Of a DNA stretch of 64,000 nucleotides, positions 20,044 to 29,783 are shown in pieces. A model generated the notes under the pieces. The model was not told where the DNA came from, did no database searches, and saw only the letters and a list, made by a program, of their open reading frames with translations. Each line of letters opens with the position of its first letter. Positions within the stretch are counted from its first letter, which is position 1. The stretch comes from an uncultured Nitrospiraceae bacterium (GTDB taxonomy: Bacteria; Nitrospirota; Nitrospiria; Nitrospirales; Nitrospiraceae), in contig CAVPLT010000001.1 in assembly GCA_963706325.1 (NCBI GenBank), positions 1-64,000 of the forward strand, read 5' to 3'. The translations under genes were made by a program, and so were the position numbers.

Positions 20044-20364
20044 ATGACCTCTGAAGAGTTTCTCGCATCCGCGATTCTGAAAGAGCTCCGCCGAGTCTAT
20101 CTCTGCACGGCCCCAGAACTCTGCGCGCTGCTACCCCAATTCACATCTGCTGAAATCATCGCGATCGTTGAACGCCTCATCCAAGAAGGAGCCATCGCCT
20201 GTCGTAGTTCGGAGCCTTCCCATTTGATTCTGTGGCTGCCCCCGACCAGGTCCGCGAGGCGAGTCACGCAAAACCCGATCGAGACAGCCGACCAGAATTT
20301 CGATTCGGTAGGGCTCGAGCAAGAATCACTCACAGAAACGATGTCCTCATTGACCCATCTATGA
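20044..20364 (+). CDS. Small hypothetical protein, possibly winged-helix-like
   Basis: ATG after AAAAGG; amphipathic AILKELRR...IVERLIQEGAI pattern. Confidence 0.45.
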   Translation: MTSEEFLASAILKELRRVYLCTAPELCALLPQFTSAEIIAIVERLIQEGAIACRSSEPSHLILWLPPTRSARRVTQNPIETADQNFDSVGLEQESLTETMSSLTHL

Positions 20365-20499
20365 AAAAGACATTGTCGCCTCCGACAGGCTGGCAGGTAA
20401 CCAGGATTTCGCTCCAAAGTCTTTCAGCCACGTACGGGATGGCCTGAACATCGACGGCTTTACGGCATGCTTAGTCGTCCGGGCGAAAGGAAGATCGCA

Positions 20500-21651
20500 A
20501 TGCGCAAACCGAGCAAGCAGTCAGGTCAGGTGTGGTCGATCATACTCACGGGGAGCGATGACACCAACGTCAATCCCTTTGTGTCCCGGTGGCTGGGTCG
20601 ACCGATTCCAAAGGAATATTGCGCCTTTGTCGGAGCGCGATCCATGTTCCAGCACACGCTGGATCGAGCCGTGCGAATCACTCCGGCGGAGCGACTGGTC
20701 GCCGTGGTCGCCCGCGAGCATCGCCAGGAAGCCTTTCGGCAACTTGACCGAAGGACCATCGGAGCCCTTATTCTGCAATCATTGCATCAGAGAACGGCCG
20801 CGAGCGTCCTCCTTCCGCTCACCTATGTACGAGAGCGTGATCCGGAGGCCACCGTCGTCATTCTTCCATCCGACCACTTCGTCTATCCGGAAGCGCGTTT
20901 CCTCACACTTGTCCAACAAGCCATTGCTCTCAGCCGTTCCCTTCCCGATCAACTGATTTTGCTGGGAGTGGCCCCGGATCGCCTCCAATTGGACTACAGC
21001 TGGATTCAACCGGGCCCTCGGCTGGCCGACATGCCGGACGACGTGGTATGGACGGTACAGGACCTCACCGAGAAACCGACCCCCGCTCAAGCCGACAGCC
21101 TATTGCAGGCCGGCGCCCTCTGGAACACCCGAGCCTTTGTGGCCAAGGCCAGTACAGTCTGGGAAATCGGCTGGAAGACTATGCCTCACTTCATGCCCTA
21201 CTTTGAACGGCTCGGGCAAGCCATCGGCTGTCCGAACGAATCCTTGGAGTTGGAGACCATCTACAAGAAGGCTTCCGCCGTTGATTTCTCCGATATCCTG
21301 AGGCAAGTACCTGATCGGTTGGCGATTCTCGAATTGACCGGGGTTCTGTGGAGCGACTGGAACAAACCGGAACGCATCGCTGAAACGCTGCGGCGAATCG
21401 ACCGGCAACCGGCATTTCCTTTGACCTGTCTCGATCATCCGTTTATCCCCCTCACACGTCCGGCCAACGAGATCAGTACGGGGTCAGACGACCCATCCTT
21501 AGGAGAAGAGATCCATGTCCTCGCTGAACAGGCCCTCCAGAAAGCCGGCGCTCAACTCGCCCCCCGCTCCTCAGTCCGTACCCCACGCGGTGTCGCCGCA
21601 GGCGGTGGTCATGGAAGATCTGCAGGACGCGATCTCGAAGCGAGCCTATGA
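20500..21651 (+). CDS. Mannose-1-phosphate guanylyltransferase-like protein with degenerate signature
   Basis: PKEYC.F.G.RSMFQHT, LPSDH, Y.WI.PG, EKP, LWNT, WSDW; the GGxGxR loop reads TGSDDTN. Confidence 0.8.
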   Translation: MRKPSKQSGQVWSIILTGSDDTNVNPFVSRWLGRPIPKEYCAFVGARSMFQHTLDRAVRITPAERLVAVVAREHRQEAFRQLDRRTIGALILQSLHQRTAASVLLPLTYVRERDPEATVVILPSDHFVYPEARFLTLVQQAIALSRSLPDQLILLGVAPDRLQLDYSWIQPGPRLADMPDDVVWTVQDLTEKPTPAQADSLLQAGALWNTRAFVAKASTVWEIGWKTMPHFMPYFERLGQAIGCPNESLELETIYKKASAVDFSDILRQVPDRLAILELTGVLWSDWNKPERIAETLRRIDRQPAFPLTCLDHPFIPLTRPANEISTGSDDPSLGEEIHVLAEQALQKAGAQLAPRSSVRTPRGVAAGGGHGRSAGRDLEASL

Positions 21652-21742
21652 GCTGCATCTTCAGCGTGGTTCTCAAGAGGGATCTGCGCTGGCTGATTGG
21701 CTCTATACCGAACGGGATATAATAAGCGGGCCTCCGCAATAA
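21515..21742 (+). CDS. DUF2934-domain small protein
   Basis: ISKRAYEL...RG...G.ALADWL..ER motif; AGGAG RBS. Confidence 0.75.
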   Translation: MSSLNRPSRKPALNSPPAPQSVPHAVSPQAVVMEDLQDAISKRAYELHLQRGSQEGSALADWLYTERDIISGPPQ

Positions 21743-21953
21743 AACCTGCCGGACCATTTATCGCTCGCACTCGCCCTACTGCTTGCTTGACCTTCCATCT
21801 GCGGTACCTTACCTTAGCGTCGCGCAGAACATCGGTCGCGACACAACAACGCACAAGGTCACGCGGAGGAATGGTGAGATTTGGCGAAGTCATGCAGAAA
21901 GCCTGCAGCGCGACCACTTGCCTCGCCAAAATGCGCCTGATTGCCGCTCAACT

Positions 21954-22634
21954 ATGAAGCCGGCGCGTTCGCCCGAGTCCCACCGCAGTATCTTAAAAGT
22001 TCTCGTCGGGTCACATGCCCATGGCTTGGCCGGTCACGAGAGCGACCAGGATTTTCGCAGCGTCTTCGTGATCCCCACCAAAGCAATGTTTCGTGTCGGC
22101 TTCAAGTATCAAGGCGCGCGGATGATGAAAGAGGGAGAAGACGAGACGGCCTGGGAGATCGGGCAGTTTCTGTTCTTAGCCCAGCAGGGACATCCGCTGG
22201 TGCTGGAAACATTCATGGCGCCGGTCGTGGAAACGGATACGTGGGGAGCTGAACTCCGGGACCTGTTCCCGTCCCTCTGGTCGGCCCGCAATGCCTATGA
22301 GTCGTTTTTGACTTATTGCGAGAACCAGCGCAAGAAAATGCTGGAGAAAAAAGATGGCCGTCCGGCCAAGTACGCGGCGGCGTACGTGCGGGTCTTGTTC
22401 AATCTGTGTGAATTGCTGGAACGGGGGACCTTCAGCATCAGGATCGCTGAAACCCCGGTCGGTGACGCGGTGCGAAAGATCAAAGACGGCGAGTATCGTG
22501 TCGGCGAGGTGATCGACCTGGGAGAATATTGGACCGAACAAGCCACTCGCCGGCTCAGCGCTTGCCCACAGTCAGCCCGCCCCGATCTGGCCGATGCGTT
22601 CCTCATCAACCTTCGCAAGGGCTTTCTGCGCTAG
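21954..22634 (+). CDS. Pol-beta superfamily nucleotidyltransferase-domain protein
   Basis: GSHAHGL....SDQDFRSVF (hGS...DxD) motif, later WEI..F and P.VLE. Confidence 0.8.
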   Translation: MKPARSPESHRSILKVLVGSHAHGLAGHESDQDFRSVFVIPTKAMFRVGFKYQGARMMKEGEDETAWEIGQFLFLAQQGHPLVLETFMAPVVETDTWGAELRDLFPSLWSARNAYESFLTYCENQRKKMLEKKDGRPAKYAAAYVRVLFNLCELLERGTFSIRIAETPVGDAVRKIKDGEYRVGEVIDLGEYWTEQATRRLSACPQSARPDLADAFLINLRKGFLR

Positions 22635-22840
22635 CTGACAGGAACCTCCAGTCGTCCTGACACCCACACCCCAGCCAGCAGGCAAAAGACGCGCGCGGTC
22701 CTACAACAGGCACGCTTTACGGCTAAGTGGCCGCAGCCAGCGCCGCTGGCACGGACGGGTCGAAAATGCCAGAAGCCAAAAGGGGGACCGCCTCTTTCGA
22801 GACGATCCCTCCTCCTACTATTCCCGCCCACATGAAGGAT

Positions 22841-23317
22841 TCAGCCGCCGCCCACTTCGCCCTTGGTCTCAAGAATGAGGAATTCACCCCTCATGTGCGG
22901 GTGGATGTCACACCAGAAGCCATATTGTTGGGTCTCACTGATACCGGTCGCAGGATCGTGCTTGGAGGACTTGCTGAAGGTCAGGGTCGCGGTCTTCCCC
23001 GCATCCACATGAAACGACTTGACCCCATAGGATACAACCTCCTTCACATCACCTCCCACGCTAACCGGAGTATCCTTCAGGATCCGTGAGCTGAATCCAT
23101 GCGTCATCGTCCCCTTGTTGTGAAGGACAATCTTCGTCACGGCCCCAGGCGTTGTGAATCCTTCTACGGTGTATCCCTTGTCAGTGATGGTGACATCGAT
23201 CTTCCCCTCCTCCGCCTGCGCGGTTGACGGTACACCAGCACTCACCCCGGCGACCGAAACCACGCCCAGCACGAGTGGAATCAATACCCTCCGAAATCTC
23301 CGCCCTGTCCGTTTCAT
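22841..23317 (-). CDS. Secreted cupredoxin-domain (type 1 copper) protein
   Basis: Signal peptide (AQA), THGF, FWCDIHPHMRG. Confidence 0.8.
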   Translation of the reverse strand: MKRTGRRFRRVLIPLVLGVVSVAGVSAGVPSTAQAEEGKIDVTITDKGYTVEGFTTPGAVTKIVLHNKGTMTHGFSSRILKDTPVSVGGDVKEVVSYGVKSFHVDAGKTATLTFSKSSKHDPATGISETQQYGFWCDIHPHMRGEFLILETKGEVGGG

Positions 23318-23436
23318 AACGCCCCCTCTGGTTAGAAGTGATCACGACCCTCGTTACCGTTAGAAGGCTTCTCTATGATCCGGCCACCACGAGGCGCCCG
23401 CTCCTCGAGCCGTAGAAGGAGCATGGTATTAGCATA

Positions 23437-23452
23437 TGCAATGCCTACGCCT
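23437..23452 (-). promoter_or_regulatory. Possible sigma54 promoter
   Basis: AGGCGTA-GGCA-TTGCA (GG-N10-GC), 120 nt upstream of the cupredoxin start. Confidence 0.35.
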
Positions 23453-24067
23453 GCCAACTCTCACCGATGGTTGCGACGGCCATGCATCACAGTCGCGTTG
23501 TATGCTCCCATTGTTTTTGCCACAGAATAGACGCAACCCGCTTCCCTGTGGAGACTGGACCTGCCGACCGAGCGAAACCAGTCCGAACACCCCGGCGAGT
23601 GACCTACGCCTGGATGTCCCGCGCCTCCCCTTCATCTGGCTCCTTTGTGGAGCCGTGCCTCCTCCCGGCACCGAGATGGAAACGCGTCCCTTCAGACCTG
23701 ATCCGGAAAACCGGCACAAGCGCAACCTCCGACCAGCGACGCGGCATGGAAGCGGGAGATTCTGATTTATCCTGGCTCCACCTCCCTTCACTCATCAACT
23801 TAATCATGCCGCGATTGAAATCAATGAGGTAATTGGCAACATTGCCGCCAGCTGACGTTGTCCCGTATCGCCCCAGCGGGGTTCAGCCGGAAAAGACTTG
23901 GGTCACCGTTTCAGCCTAAGTGAATGAACTTCCGCGCCTCCCACCTGACAGGCGCGCGTCGATTTACCCTGGCATCCAGCCTGCAGTAGTACCAGAACAA
24001 TGGGCATGACGACTCAGGAGACGAAATCAATCCAAGGTGGACGTGTCCTGAGACAAGGGGGCACATC

Positions 24068-24217
24068 ATGGTCCGACATCCTCGATACTCGGACATCCCG
24101 TGGGACATCCGTTGGCGCCCGGAAATCCCGTTTCGCCATCGCTGGTGGCTGATGTTCCTCGTGGTGATCGTGGCGCTGTTCCTGATCGGCGTGGGAGTGA
24201 CCAGCGGACTGCTATAG
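24068..24217 (+). CDS. 49-aa single-pass membrane protein (below the ORF-track cutoff)
   Basis: MVRHPRYSDIPWDIRWRPEIPFRHRWWLMFLVVIVALFLIGVGVTSGLL*; AAGGGGG RBS; leads the PRTase-USP run. Confidence 0.6.
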   Translation: MVRHPRYSDIPWDIRWRPEIPFRHRWWLMFLVVIVALFLIGVGVTSGLL

Positions 24218-24266
24218 GCATGTGCGAGGCCAATGATGGGCGAGACCAGTCGGGCGAGGGAGGGGC

Positions 24267-24983
24267 ATGTTCAAAAACCGTGAAGAAGCCGGCGGACTCC
24301 TCGCAGCCGAACTCGTGATGTACCGCGACGATCCAGCCGCGATCGTCTTCGGGCTTCCACGTGGTGGCGTCGTCGTCGCCTGCCAGCTCAGTCTCGCCTT
24401 ACACCTACCGCTGAACGTGTTGATCACGCGCAAGATCGGCGCGCCAGGGAATCCGGAATACGCGCTGGGCGCGGTCGGCGAGACCGGGGCGGTCTATTGG
24501 AACCGTGAAGCGCTATTTAGCCTGACCCTCTCTGAACAAGAGCTTGCGTCCGCCGTTCGCGCACAGGAGAAAGAAGTGGCCAGGCGTGTCGCGCTATACC
24601 GCGAAGGACGCCCATTTCCCGATCTGACGGATCGAACGGTGATGATTGTGGACGATGGCTTGGCAACCGGCGCAACATTCTTTGCCGCAGTCGCGACCGC
24701 TCGCCAGAGAAATCCACATCGCGTGATCGGGGCCTTGCCGGTCGGGCCACGCGCGACCGTGCGGGAAGCTCGGAGCCTGGTCGACCAATTGATTGTCCTG
24801 CGGGTGCCGGAACCGTTCTATGCCGTCGGAAATTTCTACCGGGATTTTGAGCAGGTCGAAGACCGAGAGGTGCTGCAGTCCCTCCACTTGGCCGAGGAAG
24901 CGTTCGTGACCAGGCAGCAGGCATCGCTGGACTCTACGCAAGACGGCCAACGGGCGCGGAAAGGAAATCTCACTGATGCATAA
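24267..24983 (+). CDS. Phosphoribosyltransferase (type I PRTase)
   Basis: FKNREEAG, GLPRGG, RKIGAPGNPE.ALGA, VDDGLATGAT PRPP loop. Confidence 0.92.
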   Translation: MFKNREEAGGLLAAELVMYRDDPAAIVFGLPRGGVVVACQLSLALHLPLNVLITRKIGAPGNPEYALGAVGETGAVYWNREALFSLTLSEQELASAVRAQEKEVARRVALYREGRPFPDLTDRTVMIVDDGLATGATFFAAVATARQRNPHRVIGALPVGPRATVREARSLVDQLIVLRVPEPFYAVGNFYRDFEQVEDREVLQSLHLAEEAFVTRQQASLDSTQDGQRARKGNLTDA

Positions 24984-25105
24984 CCAGACCGAGGGTGGCC
25001 ACAGGCTCGCCACAACGGCAGTGGAGGATCCGAGGCCATGTCGGTGACCAGCTACGGCCCATGCCGTCCGGAGTCTCACCACATCCGCTGTTTTAGAAGG
25101 ACTCT

Positions 25106-25963
25106 ATGCGTGTCCTGATCGCACTCGACTGGTCGGAACAGGCGTTCGCAGCAGTTCGGGAAGTCGCCTATCTGTATGAACTGCAAGACGTCATGCTGGT
25201 GCACGGCATCGACTTGGGCATGTTTCAATATCCGGTGGTCGCGGAACTGAGTAACATGCAGGGGTATGATGATTTCCGAAAGGCGATGGAGAACGCGGGC
25301 CGACAATTGCTCGACCACACCACCACGATGTTGCCCTCCGAGGGACTCTCGATCACCCGCGTGTGCGAGTTTGCTCAACCGGCCTCGCTGATTCTGGACA
25401 AGGCTCGGGAGATGGAAGCGGACCTGATCGTGATCGGCGCCCGAGGACGAGGGCGCGTCGGAGAGCTCGTCCTCGGCAGCGTCTCCCATCGAGTGGCCTT
25501 GCATGCCGGCTGCTCCACCCTCATCGTCAAGGATCACAGCGGCCCCGTAAAACGTGTCGTGGTGGCCGTCGAAGGGCATGAGGACGGCGCCCGTATCAAG
25601 GCCTGGCTGCTCGCCCATCCGTTCAAGAACCCGGTGGACCTCACCATCGTCAGCGTGGTGCGTCCGATCCCCTCCACCGATCCGTTTAGCCTCTTTCCCC
25701 TCCAAGACTGGACGCAGGTTGCCAGGCGCTCGGCCGAGGATCTGGTGAAAGGCCTGGCCGCAGCGGTCATGGATGATCATTACACCGTGGGCACGGAGGT
25801 CATGATGGGAGATCCGGTCGACATGTTGACGGAGCGCGCCCGTTCGGCTGACCTGCTTATTATCGGCTCGCACGGACGTGGAGCGCTCGAGCGGTTTCTC
25901 CTGGGCAGCATCTCCCATGCGCTCTTGCATGGGGTGCCCTGCCCGGTTTTGGTCGTACGGTAA
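25106..25963 (+). CDS. Universal stress protein (tandem USP domains)
   Basis: IALDWS, GARGRG..ELVLGSVS, GSHGRG..RFLLGSIS...CPVLVV. Confidence 0.93.
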   Translation: MRVLIALDWSEQAFAAVREVAYLYELQDVMLVHGIDLGMFQYPVVAELSNMQGYDDFRKAMENAGRQLLDHTTTMLPSEGLSITRVCEFAQPASLILDKAREMEADLIVIGARGRGRVGELVLGSVSHRVALHAGCSTLIVKDHSGPVKRVVVAVEGHEDGARIKAWLLAHPFKNPVDLTIVSVVRPIPSTDPFSLFPLQDWTQVARRSAEDLVKGLAAAVMDDHYTVGTEVMMGDPVDMLTERARSADLLIIGSHGRGALERFLLGSISHALLHGVPCPVLVVR

Positions 25964-26011
25964 GTCAGGAGAAGATAGACGCTCTACGCTGAAACCATAA
26001 GGAGTCCGGGC

Positions 26012-26374
26012 ATGAAAACTTTCAGCATCATGTCTGCAATCTGGCTCGTGGTCCTGGGGAGTTCATTGGCGGCCGGGCAGACCCATCGAGGCGATCCGCG
26101 GAACGGTCAGGCAGTGTATGAAAAACACTGCCTGCACTGTCACGGGGAGAAACTGGACGGCGCCGGACCGGATGGGCAGTACCTGATCGTGCGGCCCACC
26201 AATTTGCAATCCGTCAACTCGCGGGCCAAAACTGATTGGGAATTGTTGGTGACGATCGCGAACGGCGCTCTGTTCAGCCCCATGCATGGCTATCGGGGAA
26301 CACTCACGGACCAACAGATGCTGGATGTGCTGACCTATATTCGGACCGTAGCCATTCCGGATTTCGTGAGTTAG
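26012..26374 (+). CDS. Monoheme cytochrome c
   Basis: Signal peptide, CLHCH, PM axial Met, LTDQQ..DVLTYI. Confidence 0.9.
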   Translation: MKTFSIMSAIWLVVLGSSLAAGQTHRGDPRNGQAVYEKHCLHCHGEKLDGAGPDGQYLIVRPTNLQSVNSRAKTDWELLVTIANGALFSPMHGYRGTLTDQQMLDVLTYIRTVAIPDFVS

Positions 26375-26448
26375 GCCGGCGACGCGGTCGTGATCGCAGT
26401 GAGGGCATAACCTATCATGAACCCGAGGCCTGAGGGCGCGATACACTG

Positions 26449-29187
26449 ATGCAACGAATGCGCCCCCTCCACATCGTCGGCATGCAAGACGATGATCCTG
26501 ACTTCGGCCGGGCCATATTGAGCGATGGCACAACCGTGCCCCTGCGTCTCGCTCAGCCGGGCGATGCCGAAGCATTACAGGGTTTCATCGATCGGCTCTC
26601 ACCGGCTTCCACACGTCACCGGTTTTTTTCTGAGACGGCGCCCCCTGCCGACGTCATTCGATCGCTCTGTGATGCGACAGATCCGCAGCGCAGTCTGACA
26701 GTCATCGCCCTTCGGCGGCAGGACGGCGCGTTGCGCGTGATCGCCTCCGGTTCCTACCATGCGAGACACCCACACCAGGCCGAAGTCGCCATGGCCGTCG
26801 ATGACCGGCTCCATGGACATGGACTGGGCACCATACTCCTGGAGCGGCTGGCGCTTTTGGCCATCCGTCACGGTTTCACCAAGCTTTGGGCCATCACTCA
26901 CGCCGACAACCTGGCGATGCGCGAGGTGTTTGCTTCCTCCGGTTTCACCATGGACGAGCGTCTCGAAGGCGGCGACATGGAAGTAGAACTGTCGCTGGCT
27001 CCGACCGATCGCAGCGTGCGGCAATCCGAATGGCGGGAACGGGTCGCCACCACCGCCTCGCTTCATCCGCTGTTCCATCCCGAATCCGTGGCGGTTATCG
27101 GTGCTTCCCGCAATCCCCAGAGCATCGGCTATAGGTTGCTCGAGGCGCTTCGGATCAATCAGTTTCAAGGCCGTTGTTATGCCATCAATCCCTTTGCCTC
27201 TACCATCGCAGGCATGAACACCTATCCGTCCCTTCGCGCCCTACCGGAGCCGGTGGATCTCGCGGTGATCGTCGTCCCCAAAGAAGCCGTCTTGTCGGTC
27301 ATCGATGACTGCGCCGCAACCGGCGTCCGCGCCCTCGTGGTCATCACCGCCGGATTCGCCGAGGTTGGAGAAGAGGGTCGCCGGCTACAGGATCAAGCGC
27401 TGGAAAAAGTCCGCCAACAGGGTATGCGCATGCTCGGCCCCAACTGCTTCGGCATTCTGAACACGGATCCGACGGTACGGCTCAACGCCACCTTTACCTC
27501 CACCTTTCCTCCCGCAGGCTCCATCGCCATGTCTTCGCAGAGCGGAGCCTTGGGCATTGCGCTGCTTGCCGCTTCGGAACGCCTTCAGTTGGGCATTTCA
27601 ACATTCGTCAGTGTCGGCAACAAGGCGGACATATCCCTGAACGATCTTTTGCAGTATTGGGAAAACGATCCCGCAACGACGGTCATCTTGATCTATGTGG
27701 AGTCCTTCGGTAATCCGAGACGTTTTGGACGGATCGCCCGGCGCGTCAGCCGCACCAAACCGATCGTGGTCCTCAAAGCGGGTCGAACGGCTTCGGGCAA
27801 GCGCGCCGCCAGTTCCCATACGGCCGCGTTGGCCTCCAATGACGCGGCAGTGGAGGCGCTGTTTCAACAGGCCGGCATCCTGCGCGCCGACACCCTGGAA
27901 GACATGTTCGCACTGGCAGCGGGACTGTCCGAACAACCGTTGCCGGCAGGCAAACGAGTCGGCATCCTGACCAACGCCGGCGGGCCCGCCATCCTCTGTG
28001 CGGATGCCTGTGAAGCGAGCGGGCTGGATGTTCCTGAATTCTCGCAGGCGACGATCACCCACCTGGCCTCGTTCCTGCCGCCGGCTGCGGCATTGCGCAA
28101 CCCGGTCGACTTACTCGCCTCCGCCGGTTCCGAGCACTACACTCAGGCCGTTACCGCGCTCTTGAAATCCGACGATATCGATGCCCTCATCATTCTCTAC
28201 ATCGCCATTACGGCCGCGGATGTGGACTTGATCGCCGAAGGCATCAAGAAGGGCATCCTCGCCGCCCGAGCCACGGCATCCATCAGGAAGCCGATCTACA
28301 TCGGGTGGATGGTGGAAACGGATCGCGAGCGAAGATTTTGCTTCACGAGCGAAACCATTCCCACCTTTGCGCTGCCGGAACTTCCCGCGCGGACCCTGGG
28401 AAAAATCACCGGATATGTGCAGTGGCGCGAGCGCCCAGCCGGCATGACGCCCGACTTCGATGATCTGGACCTCCCGACCGTGACCCGCATTTGCCGTGAT
28501 GCCCTGACCGCGCGCGGAGCGGGCTGGCTGACGACTGCCGAGACTCGAGCCCTATTGAGCGCGATGTCGATCCCGCTGCCGCCAGGCGGCGTTGCGACCG
28601 GCGCGGATGAGGCGGCCCAGCTGGCCGAGCAGATCGGATTTCCGGTCGCCGTCAAGCTGGCGTCCCATACGCTCGTCCATAAAACGGAGATCGGGGGCGT
28701 GCATTTGAACCTCACCAGCAAGACCGAGGTTCGTCACGCCTTCGAACAGATCGGGGCACGGCTGGCTGAGGATGCAAGCCTCGATGCGATGGAAGGCGTG
28801 CTGGTCCAACCGATGGTGGCCGGCGGCATCGAAGTGATGGCCGGCATGGTTCAGGATCCCTCCTTCGGCCCCTTGATCGGGTTCGGGCTCGGCGGCATTC
28901 ACGTCGAAATTCTGGGAGATGTGCGCTTTCGCATCACGCCGCTGACGGAACTGGACGCCGCCGACCTGATTCGCGGCATCAAGGGCTATCGTCTGCTGCA
29001 GGGGTATCGCGGCCATCCACCGGGCGATGTCGATGCGATTCAAGAAATCTTGCTCAGGCTGTCACGGCTGGTGGAGGAGGTGCCGGAGATTGTGGAGATG
29101 GATCTGAACCCGATCCTGGCCATGCCGCCGGGCCAGGGCTGCCGTATTGTAGATGCGAGAATCAGGGTGGCGGGTAAGGTGAGCTAG
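26449..29187 (+). CDS. GNAT acetyltransferase / NDP-forming acyl-CoA synthetase fusion (Pat-like, GNAT N-terminal)
   Basis: N-terminal GNAT (HGHGLGT), VAVIGAS, GPNCFG, SQSGA, GNKAD, SHTAAL, TNAGG, NPVD, HKTEIGGV, DLNP. Confidence 0.92.
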   Translation: MQRMRPLHIVGMQDDDPDFGRAILSDGTTVPLRLAQPGDAEALQGFIDRLSPASTRHRFFSETAPPADVIRSLCDATDPQRSLTVIALRRQDGALRVIASGSYHARHPHQAEVAMAVDDRLHGHGLGTILLERLALLAIRHGFTKLWAITHADNLAMREVFASSGFTMDERLEGGDMEVELSLAPTDRSVRQSEWRERVATTASLHPLFHPESVAVIGASRNPQSIGYRLLEALRINQFQGRCYAINPFASTIAGMNTYPSLRALPEPVDLAVIVVPKEAVLSVIDDCAATGVRALVVITAGFAEVGEEGRRLQDQALEKVRQQGMRMLGPNCFGILNTDPTVRLNATFTSTFPPAGSIAMSSQSGALGIALLAASERLQLGISTFVSVGNKADISLNDLLQYWENDPATTVILIYVESFGNPRRFGRIARRVSRTKPIVVLKAGRTASGKRAASSHTAALASNDAAVEALFQQAGILRADTLEDMFALAAGLSEQPLPAGKRVGILTNAGGPAILCADACEASGLDVPEFSQATITHLASFLPPAAALRNPVDLLASAGSEHYTQAVTALLKSDDIDALIILYIAITAADVDLIAEGIKKGILAARATASIRKPIYIGWMVETDRERRFCFTSETIPTFALPELPARTLGKITGYVQWRERPAGMTPDFDDLDLPTVTRICRDALTARGAGWLTTAETRALLSAMSIPLPPGGVATGADEAAQLAEQIGFPVAVKLASHTLVHKTEIGGVHLNLTSKTEVRHAFEQIGARLAEDASLDAMEGVLVQPMVAGGIEVMAGMVQDPSFGPLIGFGLGGIHVEILGDVRFRITPLTELDAADLIRGIKGYRLLQGYRGHPPGDVDAIQEILLRLSRLVEEVPEIVEMDLNPILAMPPGQGCRIVDARIRVAGKVS

Positions 29188-29225
29188 CAGGCAGCGCAGT
29201 CATGCGTCCATAGACATTCCTCCCC

Positions 29226-29780
29226 TCACGACGAACTCCCGCCATGACAGGTAAGACAGTCCACCATGCGCCCAGGCTGATGCGCGCCACGCCCCTTTTC
29301 ATACAGCCGTCGCACGTTTGGCTCACTCCTCAGACTCGGTGTGGTGGCCATGCGCGTGCCGAACTCATGACAGGCGGTACAGGAACCCGTATCCGTCGCG
29401 CGAAAGATAAACTCACCGTGGGGATTGCCCTTCGCTCGTCCGGTAATTTGGGCAAGCGCCCCGCGATGTTCCGTGTGGCAGGCCGTGCAGGCCGTTCGTT
29501 TCGCCGCCAGGTCACGGTGCCAGGTCATCTCGGCGAGCGTCGCCCGATTCTCGAAATACCGTTCCGAATGGCAACTCACACAGCGGGCCGGACTGGGACC
29601 TCGGAAGGGTTCGTGGCAGTGAGTGCACCCGGCCTGATCCACATGGTAGCGGCTCAAATCTCCCGGCGCCCAGAACGAAACGGGACTTCTGACCGATCCC
29701 CAGCCGATCCAGACGACGAGCACAAGCGTGACAGTGGCTACCACCGGCACCGCAGTTCTTGGCAGCGGATGGTATCGCAT
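29226..29780 (-). CDS. Membrane-anchored pentaheme cytochrome c
   Basis: N-terminal TM; CTHCH, CVSCH, CTACH, CTACH, CLTCH. Confidence 0.85.
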   Translation of the reverse strand: MRYHPLPRTAVPVVATVTLVLVVWIGWGSVRSPVSFWAPGDLSRYHVDQAGCTHCHEPFRGPSPARCVSCHSERYFENRATLAEMTWHRDLAAKRTACTACHTEHRGALAQITGRAKGNPHGEFIFRATDTGSCTACHEFGTRMATTPSLRSEPNVRRLYEKGRGAHQPGRMVDCLTCHGGSSS

Positions 29781-29783
29781 CCG

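Noticed and set aside
23429..24060. Several overlapping 60-120 aa ORFs in the long intergenic region
   Set aside because: None has motifs, a clear RBS or coding-like composition; no ncRNA family recognised
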